A stretch of DNA of 29,053 bases from Candidatus Eiseniibacteriota bacterium. GTDB lineage: Bacteria > Eisenbacteria > RBG-16-71-46. Shown piece after piece: positions 19,837 through 29,053 of the stretch. The notes under the pieces are model-generated. The model was not told where the DNA came from. It ran no database searches and worked only from the letters and a program-made list of their open reading frames with translations. The DNA is taken from NCBI GenBank assembly GCA_038231135.1, contig JBBRLX010000041.1, positions 1-29,053 on the forward strand. The letters run 5' to 3'. A program made the translations under genes and the position numbers. The stretch's first letter is position 1, and every line of letters starts with the position of its first letter.

Positions 19837-20592
19837 TTGATCTCGAGCCGGTCTGGAAGGGCGCTGGCGCTCGCCGCGCTGTTGAGCGCCGCCGTGGGGA
19901 TCGGCCGGGCGCACGCCGCGGCCGATGTGCACCATTTCAACCTGGTGCTGTCGCTGAGTCCCAGCCAGGTCGACGGCGGTGATTTCAACACCACGATCGA
20001 CTTCATCAACACCACGCGACTGACGCCGTTTGGCCTCGAAGGCATGAAGCGCGTGACGTTCGCGTGGATCTACGACGCCGATCTCGAGTACTTCGTGCGG
20101 CCGAACATGGCGGTGCACGTGGGCGTCGGGCAGCTGCGGGCGGTCAGCGACCGCGAGTACCTGCCGCAGTTGAGCGCCGCGATCCAGCTCCACGCGGAAA
20201 TGCTGTCGGTGCCGGTGCACGTAGGGGCCGCGTACTACCTCGCGGCGTACAACCAGGGCGACTTCCAGGCCCGCGCGTACCTGGGCGCCGGTTTCCTCAG
20301 CCTGGTCTACAACAAGACCCGGTTCCAGCAGGAGGTCGTAGGCCTGCCGGGTGTGCCCAACGTCAACACCTCGGCGACCGCCGACTCGCCCGGCTACTAC
20401 GTCGAGACCGGCGCGCGCATGTTCTTCGCATCGCGCACCTCGGTCCTGATCGGCCTCACCTATCGCAGCGCCAAGGTGCGGCACCTGATCGACGAAGCGA
20501 CGGGGACCGAGCTGCGCGCGTTCAACGGCGAACCCTACGTGCTGGATCTGAGCGGCGTAGGCCTCAAGGTCGGGCTCGGCATCGGATTCTAG
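19837..20592 (+). CDS. Outer-membrane beta-barrel protein (OmpW/OmpA-like small barrel)
   Basis: TTG start with GGAGG 7 nt upstream, signal peptide ending AHA, amphipathic strands (AYLGAGF, GYYVETGARMF) and C-terminal beta-signal GLKVGLGIGF. Confidence 0.75.
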   Translation: MISSRSGRALALAALLSAAVGIGRAHAAADVHHFNLVLSLSPSQVDGGDFNTTIDFINTTRLTPFGLEGMKRVTFAWIYDADLEYFVRPNMAVHVGVGQLRAVSDREYLPQLSAAIQLHAEMLSVPVHVGAAYYLAAYNQGDFQARAYLGAGFLSLVYNKTRFQQEVVGLPGVPNVNTSATADSPGYYVETGARMFFASRTSVLIGLTYRSAKVRHLIDEATGTELRAFNGEPYVLDLSGVGLKVGLGIGF

Positions 20593-20610
20593 CGGCCGCA
20601 ACGCGGAGCC

Positions 20611-20631
20611 GCGCCGTCCTCGCGACGGCGC
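20611..20631. terminator. Hairpin between the convergent OMP and ftsB genes
   Basis: GCGCCGTC-CTCGC-GACGGCGC, with no U-tract. Confidence 0.35.
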
Positions 20632-20991
20632 TCAGCGCGCCAGGCTGTCCGTGGGACTCGATCCGATGCGGTACACGATCTCGCCCGGACGTGCCATGCC
20701 GTTGTCGCGGAGCAGGCGCTCGGCGCGCTCGCGCTGCGCCGCCGGATCGCGCTGTTCCTGATCCAGCCGGGCGAGCGTCGCGCGCGTGGCCTCGATCTCA
20801 CGCTGGGTGCGATGCTGCTCCGCGCTGAGCCGCCACAGCCGGTAGAAACTGTGGTCGCTGAGCAGTCCGGTCCAGACCAGCCACAGCAGCGCCAGCAGCC
20901 AGAACCAGCGGAGTCTGCGGTGCACGGGGTCGCCGGGCGGGGCGAAACGGGACAGCCGGTGACGCTGGATGCGACGCTCGATGTCGCTCAT
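20632..20991 (-). CDS. ftsB: Septum formation initiator FtsB/DivIC family
   Basis: One TM segment, coiled coil, ERLLRDNGMARPGEIVY, conserved position downstream of eno, GGAGG RBS. Confidence 0.85.
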   Translation of the reverse strand: MSDIERRIQRHRLSRFAPPGDPVHRRLRWFWLLALLWLVWTGLLSDHSFYRLWRLSAEQHRTQREIEATRATLARLDQEQRDPAAQRERAERLLRDNGMARPGEIVYRIGSSPTDSLAR

Positions 20992-21055
20992 GACGCGATC
21001 CTCCGTGACGCGATGGCAGGTGTTGCAGGACCGCCTTCCATGGCGGCTCCGAAAC

Positions 21056-22408
<1,353 letters not shown>

Positions 22409-22444
22409 GGCGTCGAAAGGCGCAAGTTACGCTGCCCGAACCCC

Positions 22445-22474
22445 TTGACCGCTCCGGAACCACCCGCCTATCGT
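22445..22474 (+). promoter_or_regulatory. Putative sigma70 promoter of the ECF operon
   Basis: TTGACC-N18-TATCGT. Confidence 0.5.
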
Positions 22475-22483
22475 GCCGGTCCA

Positions 22484-22511
22484 TGAAACTTTCGCCCCGC
22501 GCCGCGCGTAA
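22484..22511 (+). promoter_or_regulatory. SigW-like ECF autoregulatory promoter
   Basis: TGAAAC-N17-CGTAA, close to the B. subtilis SigW consensus TGAAAC-N16-CGTA, immediately upstream of the ECF sigma gene. Confidence 0.65.
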
Positions 22512-22528
22512 GCATTCCGTGACGGCCG

Positions 22529-23101
22529 GTGACTGACGACGACGCCGGGCTGATCCGGCGGTGCCTGAGCGGCGATGAACGGGCGTACCGGGAGCTGGTC
22601 GAGCGGTATCAGACCCGGGTGTTCTCGCTGGCGCTCCGGATGGTGCGGCAGCGGGAGGATGCGGAGGATCTGACCCAGGACACGTTCGTCCGGATGTTCC
22701 GGGCCGCCGACCGGTATGATCCGGAGCGGCCGTTCGCGGCCTGGCTGTTCACGATCGCGTCGCGGTTGTGCATCGACCATATCCGCCGCCGCAGATTGAA
22801 GCTGGTTTCGCTGTCGCAATCGGATCCGGGATCCGATGACGAGCGGCAGATGGATGTCAGGGATCCGGGTCTCGGACCCGACGAAATCGCGACCCGGCAC
22901 GAAGAGGAACGGCGGACCGAGGCGTTGATCGACAGCCTCCCGCCCCACTACAGGATCGTCGTGATGCTGCGTCACCAGCAGGACCTGTCGTATGACGAGA
23001 TCGCCGCGGCGCTGGATGTGCCGCTGGGCACGGTGAAGGCGCGCATCCACCGCGCCCGTGCGCTGCTGCGGGGCCGTATCGGCGAGGCGGGCACGTCATG
23101 A
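22529..23101 (+). CDS. ECF RNA polymerase sigma factor (SigW/RpoE-like)
   Basis: AEDLTQDTF, FAAWLFTIASRLCIDHIRRR, LSYDEIAAALDVPLGTVKARIHRAR. Confidence 0.95.
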   Translation: MTDDDAGLIRRCLSGDERAYRELVERYQTRVFSLALRMVRQREDAEDLTQDTFVRMFRAADRYDPERPFAAWLFTIASRLCIDHIRRRRLKLVSLSQSDPGSDDERQMDVRDPGLGPDEIATRHEEERRTEALIDSLPPHYRIVVMLRHQQDLSYDEIAAALDVPLGTVKARIHRARALLRGRIGEAGTS

Positions 23102-23721
23102 CCCTGCGGTGTCCCGAATCCGACCGCGTCCAGGCTGTGCTCGACGACCTGCTGTCGCCCGGCGACCTCGAGGCGTTCCGCCGCCACGCTCTGGGCTGCG
23201 CCGCGTGCACCACCGAGCTCGACGCCTATGCGTCCGTGTTCCGCGCGCTGGGCGCGCTGCCGCTCGCGACTCCCGGCCCCCGGCTCACCGAGCGCGTGCT
23301 GGCGGCCGTGCTGCCGTCGCGCATCCGCCGGCGCTGGCTGCGCACCGTGGGCTGGACGTACGCCGCGTCGCTCGCGGCGAGCGCCGCCGCCGCGGTCGTC
23401 GTCGTGAACCTGCCAGCCTGGAACGGGTGGCTCGACGCCGCGTCGTCGACCGCGTCCCGTCAGGCCGTCCAGATGATGATGTTCCTGCTGAACCTCGCCG
23501 GTTACGCCACGCTCGGAATCGCGAACGGCTGGGGCGCGATCGCGTCGATGGTGACCCGGATCGCGCCACTGCCGCGGGCGCTGGTGTCGCTGCTGCAGCA
23601 TCCGCCGGTCGAGATCGCGTTGTGGGGCGCGGCGATCATCTGCGTCGCCCTGCTGGGACTGCTGCACGGCGGCGACCGTTCGCCGCGACGTGTCGACCCG
23701 CTCGGAATGATGGGAGTGTGA
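23098..23721 (+). CDS. Zinc-binding anti-sigma factor (ZAS, RsiW-like), membrane-anchored
   Basis: N-terminal Cys plus HxxxCxxC (HALGCAAC), then several hydrophobic segments. ATGA overlap with the sigma gene. Confidence 0.85.
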   Translation: MTLRCPESDRVQAVLDDLLSPGDLEAFRRHALGCAACTTELDAYASVFRALGALPLATPGPRLTERVLAAVLPSRIRRRWLRTVGWTYAASLAASAAAAVVVVNLPAWNGWLDAASSTASRQAVQMMMFLLNLAGYATLGIANGWGAIASMVTRIAPLPRALVSLLQHPPVEIALWGAAIICVALLGLLHGGDRSPRRVDPLGMMGV

Positions 23722-23722
23722 C

Positions 23723-24958
23723 ATGACGCACGCGGCATCGAAGCACCTGGTGCGCGCCTGTACCCTCGCCGTCGCCGTCGCGCTCGCGTGGGTCCCGGCC
23801 GCGGGCACGGCGCTCGCCGCGACGCATGCCGGCGCGGTTGCGGGCACCCATCCCGCGTCCAACGACAGTGCCCACTTCGCGCGCCGCATCACGATCGGGC
23901 CGGGCGGGATCCAGATCGACGGCCGGGTGAACGGCGAGGACGACGGTCACGGCGGCGAGATCGTCCGCATCGGCAACGGCACGGTGCACATTTCGAGCGA
24001 TCACGACACGATCCACGGGCGCCACAGCGTGACCGTGCACGGGCCGGTCGTCGTCGTGGACGGCGAGTCCGGGCTGGTGCGCGTGTTCGCCGACGCCGAG
24101 GTGCCGGCCGGCGAGCGCATCGAGGGCGACGTCGTCGCGGTGTTCGGCTCGGTCCGCGTCAAGGGCCACGTGGCGGGCAACGTCGCGGCGGTGTTCGGCT
24201 CGGTGGAGCTGTCGCCGGGGGCGGTCGTCGATGGCGACGTGGTTGCGCTGGGCGGCGCGCTCGATCAGCAGACCGGCGCGACCGTCAACGGCGAGAGCGT
24301 GTCGCTGGGGCTGTTCTCGTGGCGGCCGGGGATCCCGAACCTGGAGCAGTTACTCGGGGCCTTGTTCTGTGCGTGGGTGCTCGCGCTGGTGCTGGGGCTG
24401 CTGCTGATGGCGTTGTTCCCGCGCCGCACGCAGCGGGTGGCGCGCACCGCCGCCGAACGCACCGGCGGATCGTTCATGCTCGGCGTCGCCTCGGCTCCGC
24501 TCGTGATCATCGCGATCGTCCTGCTGCTGATCACCGTGGTCGGCATTCCGTTCGCGCTCCTGCTGCCGCTCGTCTATGTGTTCTCCGTGTGGTCGGGACA
24601 GCTCACGGCGACCTACGTGCTGGGCTGCCGGCTATTGCGCCGCCCCGTCGGCGGCGGTGGAACGGTGGCGCCGCTCGCGACGGGTACGCTGTTCGTGGCG
24701 ATGTTCTTCGCGCTCGGCGCGATCCTGTCGGGACCCGAGGGACCGGTCCGCACCATCGCGCTGTTCTTCACGCTGCTGGGGGTGCTGCTCGTGCTCGGCC
24801 TGTCGGTGGTCGGCGCCGGCGCCGTCATCCTGTCCCGATTCGGCACGCGTCCCCGCGATCCGGATGCATCGCTGTCGGGCGGCGTCGCGGCGCCGCCGTT
24901 CGCGCCGCCTCCGCCACCCGCCATGGCCCCCCCGCTGCCCACGGCTCCGGCCGCCTGA
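23723..24958 (+). CDS. Membrane protein with signal peptide, bactofilin-like (polymer-forming) beta-helix repeats and multi-TM C-terminus
   Basis: Repeats IEGDVVAVFGSVRVKG, VAGNVAAVFGSVEL and VVDGDVVALGG, followed by about 5-6 hydrophobic helices (LLLITVVGIP) and a Pro-rich tail. Confidence 0.8.
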   Translation: MTHAASKHLVRACTLAVAVALAWVPAAGTALAATHAGAVAGTHPASNDSAHFARRITIGPGGIQIDGRVNGEDDGHGGEIVRIGNGTVHISSDHDTIHGRHSVTVHGPVVVVDGESGLVRVFADAEVPAGERIEGDVVAVFGSVRVKGHVAGNVAAVFGSVELSPGAVVDGDVVALGGALDQQTGATVNGESVSLGLFSWRPGIPNLEQLLGALFCAWVLALVLGLLLMALFPRRTQRVARTAAERTGGSFMLGVASAPLVIIAIVLLLITVVGIPFALLLPLVYVFSVWSGQLTATYVLGCRLLRRPVGGGGTVAPLATGTLFVAMFFALGAILSGPEGPVRTIALFFTLLGVLLVLGLSVVGAGAVILSRFGTRPRDPDASLSGGVAAPPFAPPPPPAMAPPLPTAPAA

Positions 24959-25132
24959 CTTCGTACCACCGGCGGGTGAAATAGCCAGTCGCCGTCCCCG
25001 ATTTGGGGGGGGCGCCCCGGGATTTCCCGGGCGGCGTGCCGGGTTCGGGTCGGGGCCACGCGCCCAGCTCTCAAACCATTGCCATGTAATCAGTTGGAGA
25101 ATGTGATTCAGGTGCGGCTCGGGGCACAGTCG

Positions 25133-25146
25133 GGCACGATAGTGGC
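25133..25146 (+). promoter_or_regulatory. Possible sigma54 (-24/-12) promoter
   Basis: GGCACG-ATAG-TGGC keeps the GG-N10-GC spacing. An AT-rich IHF-like tract lies at 25073-25096. Confidence 0.35.
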
Positions 25147-25160
25147 GTTTCGAGTATCAC

Positions 25161-26153
25161 ATGCTCGCGCCCCGAATTGCGCTCCTGATCGCCGTTCCCG
25201 CCGTCCTCGCCACCGCCACGGTGGCCGGTCGCGCCGACGAGTTGTCGGCGGCCGGCAGCTCGCACGGCATCGTCATCCACGATGCGGCGTCGACGCTCCG
25301 GGAGTTCTGCAGCCGCGGCGATGACGGTCGCACCTGGTTCACGCTGCCGGACGGTGCCCGGTTCGAGCTGATCACCTCGACGAGTGACCCCGACATCGCG
25401 AACCCCGGCGACGGCGCGTTCCACGCGTTCGACGCGGTCGAGGTGCGGGATGCTCTCGACCACGTGACGTTTCCGCTGCGTGGCGTCGGCGCCGAGGTGT
25501 TCCTGCTGCCCTATCCGCGCCGGCTCCAGACCGAATCCGCCGCCGGGCCCGGCCTGATCCTGTTGTCGCCGGGCGTGCGGCCGCTGTCGACCGCGCACCA
25601 GCACGCCGAGCTCGCGCACGAGCTCGGTCACGTCGTGCAGTACTCCCGGATGCCCGACGGCGACGCGCGCTGGAGCGACTACCGCCACCTGCGCGCGATC
25701 GACGATGTCGCCCGCTACTCCGGGGCGAGTGTCCACGCCAATCGCCCGCACGAGATCTTCGCCGAGGACTTCCGCGCGCTGTTCGGCGACGCGCTGGCGA
25801 ACTACTCCGGCTCGATCGAGAACGGCGCGCTCGCGATGCCTGCGCAGGTCCCGGGCCTAGACGCGTTCCTGTTGGAGCTGGCCGGTCCCGCCGACGGCAC
25901 GTTCGCCGCGACGCCGAATCCCGCGCGCGGCGCGGTGCGCTTCAGCCTGCCGCATGCCGCAGCGGTTCCGCTCGACCTCTACGACGCGGCCGGCCGGCGC
26001 GTCGCGACGCTGGCGCCGAACCTGTCGCGGACCGGCGTGGAATGGCTGTTCCGCGGCGTCGACGACGCCGGACGCAAGCTCGGGCCGGGCGTGCTCTACG
26101 CGCGACCGCGCGGCTTCTCCGGACGCAGCCTGCGCGTCGTCGTACTGCCCTGA
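25161..26153 (+). CDS. Secreted zincin-like metallopeptidase with C-terminal FlgD-Ig/T9SS-like domain
   Basis: Signal peptide, AHELGHVV (HEXXH), downstream HEIFAEDF (third ligand), C-terminal TPNPARG..LYDAAGRRVATL..DDAGRKLGPGVLYAR. Confidence 0.75.
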   Translation: MLAPRIALLIAVPAVLATATVAGRADELSAAGSSHGIVIHDAASTLREFCSRGDDGRTWFTLPDGARFELITSTSDPDIANPGDGAFHAFDAVEVRDALDHVTFPLRGVGAEVFLLPYPRRLQTESAAGPGLILLSPGVRPLSTAHQHAELAHELGHVVQYSRMPDGDARWSDYRHLRAIDDVARYSGASVHANRPHEIFAEDFRALFGDALANYSGSIENGALAMPAQVPGLDAFLLELAGPADGTFAATPNPARGAVRFSLPHAAAVPLDLYDAAGRRVATLAPNLSRTGVEWLFRGVDDAGRKLGPGVLYARPRGFSGRSLRVVVLP

Positions 26154-26212
26154 CCGCCGTCACCTTGCGGTAGGTGTCAGGACGCCGCCTCCCCGGCAGC
26201 GTCCGCCGCTCC

Positions 26213-26241
26213 GTGACGGTCCCGCCGAACCGTTCTAGACT
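26213..26241 (+). promoter_or_regulatory. Putative sigma70 promoter for the nitroreductase-ligase pair
   Basis: GTGACG-N17-TAGACT, about 145 nt upstream of the GTG at 26386. Confidence 0.45.
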
Positions 26242-26385
26242 GCCGCCGACCCGGTCGCACCCCCGGCTTGGACCGCGGTTCCGGACGGCATTCCAGCCCG
26301 GCACTTCGATCCCGCCGCTCCCTGGGTTGCTCTCGCGAAGCTCGTATCCGCGTCGCCCCACCGTGGCCTGGAAAGGACTCCGATC

Positions 26386-27393
26386 GTGAGCGAGTGGCGG
26401 ACGCTGCTGGCCTCGGCGATGCTCGCACCGTCGCCGCACAACGTTCAGCCGTGGCGGGTCCGCATCGTAAGCGACACCGAGGCGGAGCTGCTCATCGAGC
26501 GCGCGCGCACGCTGCCGCGCGAAGACGTGACCGGGAGCTTCATCATCCTGACGATGGGCGTGTTCGTCGAGACGCTGCGCATCGCGGCGGCGCATCGCGG
26601 GCTCGCGCTCGACGACGACCCGCTCCAGGCGTTCGCGTGCTTCTCCGCCGAGCGCCTGGAGCGGCAGACGGGCGCGCACGTGCCGTTCGCGCGGCTCAAG
26701 CTGCGTCCCGATCCGCTCGTGCGGCCGGGCCACCCGCTCGAGCGGCTGGCGCAGCGGCGCACGTCACGCCTCGCCTACGATCCCGCCGGCATGGCGCCCG
26801 CGGACACCGCGCGCCTCCGGGCCGTGGCCGCAGGGTGGGGGCACGCGTACCATGACGTCACCGGGGCCGCGCGGATCGAGCGCATCCTGGCGTGGAACGC
26901 CGAGGCGGTGTTCGAGGACCTGAATACCGGGTCCTACCGCGGGGAGCTGGCGTCCTGGATCCGCTACACGCGCGCCGAGTCGGAGCGTCACCGCGACGGC
27001 CTCGACGCGCGCTGCATGAACGTCCCGCCGCTCGAGCTGTGGCTCATGTTTCACGCCCCCGCCCTGCTGCGGGTGCCGTCGCTGCGGCCGTGGTTCCGCC
27101 GTCGCTACCGCGCGCAGATCGGACCGGTGACGACGCTCGGAATCATCTCCGGCAAGTTCTGGGATCCGGCTGACGCGTATCCGGCGGGTCGCTTCCTCAC
27201 GCAGTTCTGGCTCGAGGTGACGGCGTGCGGATGCGTGCTCCATCCCTACGGCAATCTCGTGACTCATCGCCCGATCGCCGCCCGCGTGGAGGCGGAGACC
27301 GGCATCGCCGACATCTGGCTCGCATTCAAGATCGGAACGTCGCCGCCGCCGCCGAGCCGCCGCCGTTCGATCGAGGAGGTGCTGGTTGCTTGA
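26386..27393 (+). CDS. Acg-like (tandem nitroreductase-fold) FMN-binding oxidoreductase
   Basis: LAPSPHNVQPW, RRTSRLAY, AGRFLTQFWLEVTACG..HP, FKIG...SRRRSIEEVL. AAAGGA RBS. Confidence 0.8.
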   Translation: MSEWRTLLASAMLAPSPHNVQPWRVRIVSDTEAELLIERARTLPREDVTGSFIILTMGVFVETLRIAAAHRGLALDDDPLQAFACFSAERLERQTGAHVPFARLKLRPDPLVRPGHPLERLAQRRTSRLAYDPAGMAPADTARLRAVAAGWGHAYHDVTGAARIERILAWNAEAVFEDLNTGSYRGELASWIRYTRAESERHRDGLDARCMNVPPLELWLMFHAPALLRVPSLRPWFRRRYRAQIGPVTTLGIISGKFWDPADAYPAGRFLTQFWLEVTACGCVLHPYGNLVTHRPIAARVEAETGIADIWLAFKIGTSPPPPSRRRSIEEVLVA

Positions 27394-28876
27394 GCGCTGG
27401 TTCCTCCGGGTGATCGTCTACTCGCTCGGCCTGCTGCGCTGGACCCTCGGCCGGCACTCGCGGTCCTACTCGCTGCTCACGATCGCGCCGCTCCAGCCCC
27501 TGCTCGAGGCGGTCGGCCGGTTGCGCGCGCGCGAGGTGTTCCTCAAGGCTCGCGACGAGTGTCCCGCGTATCGCGCGTTCCTCGCCGAGCACGGCCAGGC
27601 GTCCGCGGGCGGGCGGCGCTGGGCTGCGCTTCCCGTCACGACCAAGGACAACTACGTCAAGCGCTGGTCGATCGAGGAGCGCTGCTATGGCGGCGCGCTG
27701 TCGGGTCACGGCCAGGTGATCGACGAGTCCTCGGGGTCCTCGGGACTGCCGAACAACTGGGTGCGCAGCGCCGGCGAACGTGGCGACGTGAAGCGCCTGC
27801 TGCAGATCAGCTACGACCTCATGTACGGCGACCATCACCGCATCCTGCTCAACTGCTTCGCGCTCGGGCCCTGGGCCACCGGGATGAACGTGTCGATGTC
27901 GCTCGCCGACGTCGGCGTGCTCAAGTCGATCGGCCCCGACGCGAAAAAGCTCGAGAACACGCTCCGGGTGTTCGGCCCCCGCTACCGGTATCTGGTGTTC
28001 GCGTATCCGCCGTTCGCCAAGGCATTCATCGATGCCACGGAGCTGGACCTCACGGCGTACCCGCTCGACCTGGTCGTGGGCGGCGAGGGCATCAGCGAGA
28101 GCCTGCGCGCCTATTTGCGGCGCTCGTTCACGAGCGTGCTGTCTTCGTATGGCGCGTCGGATCTCGAGATCAATCTGGCGATCGAGACGCCGTGGACCGT
28201 CGCGCTGCGGGCGCGCTGCGCCGCCGATCCCGCGCTGTGCCGCGACCTGTTCGGGCGTGACGCGCCGCCGATGATCTTCCAGTACAACCCGCTCGACTTC
28301 CACATCGAGACGCTCGCGAACGGCGAGCTGGCGTTCACCGTGTGCCGCATGAACGGCGCGGCTCCCAAGATCCGCTACAACCTGAAGGACGTGGGCGGCA
28401 CCGAATCGTACCGCGCGCTCGCGCTGCGGCTCGCCGCGCACGGCATCGACGCCCGCACGCTCGCCCAGGCGCACGGCCACTTCGCGGTGCTCCACGTGTT
28501 TGGCCGCTCGGACCTGACGGTGGCGTTCTACGGCGCCAAGCTCTATCCCGCGGACGTCGAATCCGTGATCCTCGGCGAGCCACGGCTCGCGAGCCGCGTG
28601 CGGTCGTTCCAGTTCTCGAGCTACGAGGACTCAGCCGTGAACCGCCGTCTCGCGATCTCGCTCGAGCGCACGCCCGTTGCCTTTGCCACCGCGTTCGAGC
28701 CGGGCGATCTCGAGCGCCTGTTCTACGCCGGGCTGGCGGCGTGCAACCAGGATTTCCGCGAGGTGACGCGCATGTTCACAGCGGACGCCATCGAAGTCCA
28801 CTGGTTCGCCGCCGGCACCGGCCCATTCGAAGGCGCCGACAACCGGGTCAAGAGCCAGTACATCGCAGGCAGCTGA
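27386..28876 (+). CDS. Phenylacetate-CoA ligase (PaaK)-like adenylate-forming enzyme
   Basis: PAYRAFL, LPVTTKDNY, P-loop ESSGSSG, VGGEG, YGASD, KIRYNLKD, FGRSD..FYGAKLYP. TTG start with GGAGG RBS and 8-bp overlap with the upstream gene. Confidence 0.85.
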   Translation: MLERWFLRVIVYSLGLLRWTLGRHSRSYSLLTIAPLQPLLEAVGRLRAREVFLKARDECPAYRAFLAEHGQASAGGRRWAALPVTTKDNYVKRWSIEERCYGGALSGHGQVIDESSGSSGLPNNWVRSAGERGDVKRLLQISYDLMYGDHHRILLNCFALGPWATGMNVSMSLADVGVLKSIGPDAKKLENTLRVFGPRYRYLVFAYPPFAKAFIDATELDLTAYPLDLVVGGEGISESLRAYLRRSFTSVLSSYGASDLEINLAIETPWTVALRARCAADPALCRDLFGRDAPPMIFQYNPLDFHIETLANGELAFTVCRMNGAAPKIRYNLKDVGGTESYRALALRLAAHGIDARTLAQAHGHFAVLHVFGRSDLTVAFYGAKLYPADVESVILGEPRLASRVRSFQFSSYEDSAVNRRLAISLERTPVAFATAFEPGDLERLFYAGLAACNQDFREVTRMFTADAIEVHWFAAGTGPFEGADNRVKSQYIAGS

Positions 28877-28918
28877 AAACCGGGCGGGCCTCCACTGCAG
28901 CTCGAGACCTCAGCCTAG

Positions 28919-29053
28919 CAGGCTGCTGAAAAAGGACCGACGACGCGCACCGGGGAGCCTGCCGATGCACTCGTTCGCGAGCGGCGGTTCCGCTGAGCGG
29001 GGTGCTGGCGCCATATCGGTGATTCTGAACTCCGGAGTGTCGTTCTCATGCGA
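28919..29053 (+). mobile_element. Probable left end of an IS5-like element, truncated by the window edge
   Basis: CTAG (28915-28918) followed by CAGGCTGCTGAAAAAGG, which resembles IS5/IS1182-type termini. GGAG and ATG CGA at 29048 could start a transposase. Confidence 0.5.

Noticed and set aside
26242..26385. Riboswitch in the long leader of the nitroreductase gene
   Set aside because: I could not recognise any known aptamer consensus; an Rfam search would be needed.

Overview
GC-rich bacterial chromosomal segment, mostly housekeeping genes, with an IS element at each end. Two proteins carry FlgD-Ig/T9SS-like C-terminal domains, which suggests an FCB-related lineage such as Ca. Eisenbacteria (inference). 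Left to right: a complete ISL3 element next to an orphan 3' fragment of a secreted-protein gene; lon and hsp20 on the minus strand (Lon has a long basic N-terminal extension); GH1 glycosidase and CMD/AhpD-like genes; alpha/beta hydrolase and MFS transporter; an unusual AroH-type chorismate mutase fused to prephenate dehydrogenase; a divergent CysK-like PLP enzyme behind a perfect 24-bp palindrome; a squalene/phytoene synthase head-to-head with a ctaA-ctaB-caa3 cytochrome c oxidase cluster; initiator tRNA-Met; an outer-membrane beta-barrel; ftsB and eno; a SigW-like ECF sigma, zinc anti-sigma and bactofilin-like membrane protein with a matching autoregulatory promoter; a secreted HEXXH metallopeptidase; a coupled Acg-like nitroreductase and PaaK-like ligase pair; and the probable start of an IS5-like element. 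The best candidates for something undescribed are the nitroreductase/ligase cassette, the AroH-TyrA fusion, the ECF/bactofilin-like module and the tailed Lon. All calls come from reading motifs by eye; no database searches were run.
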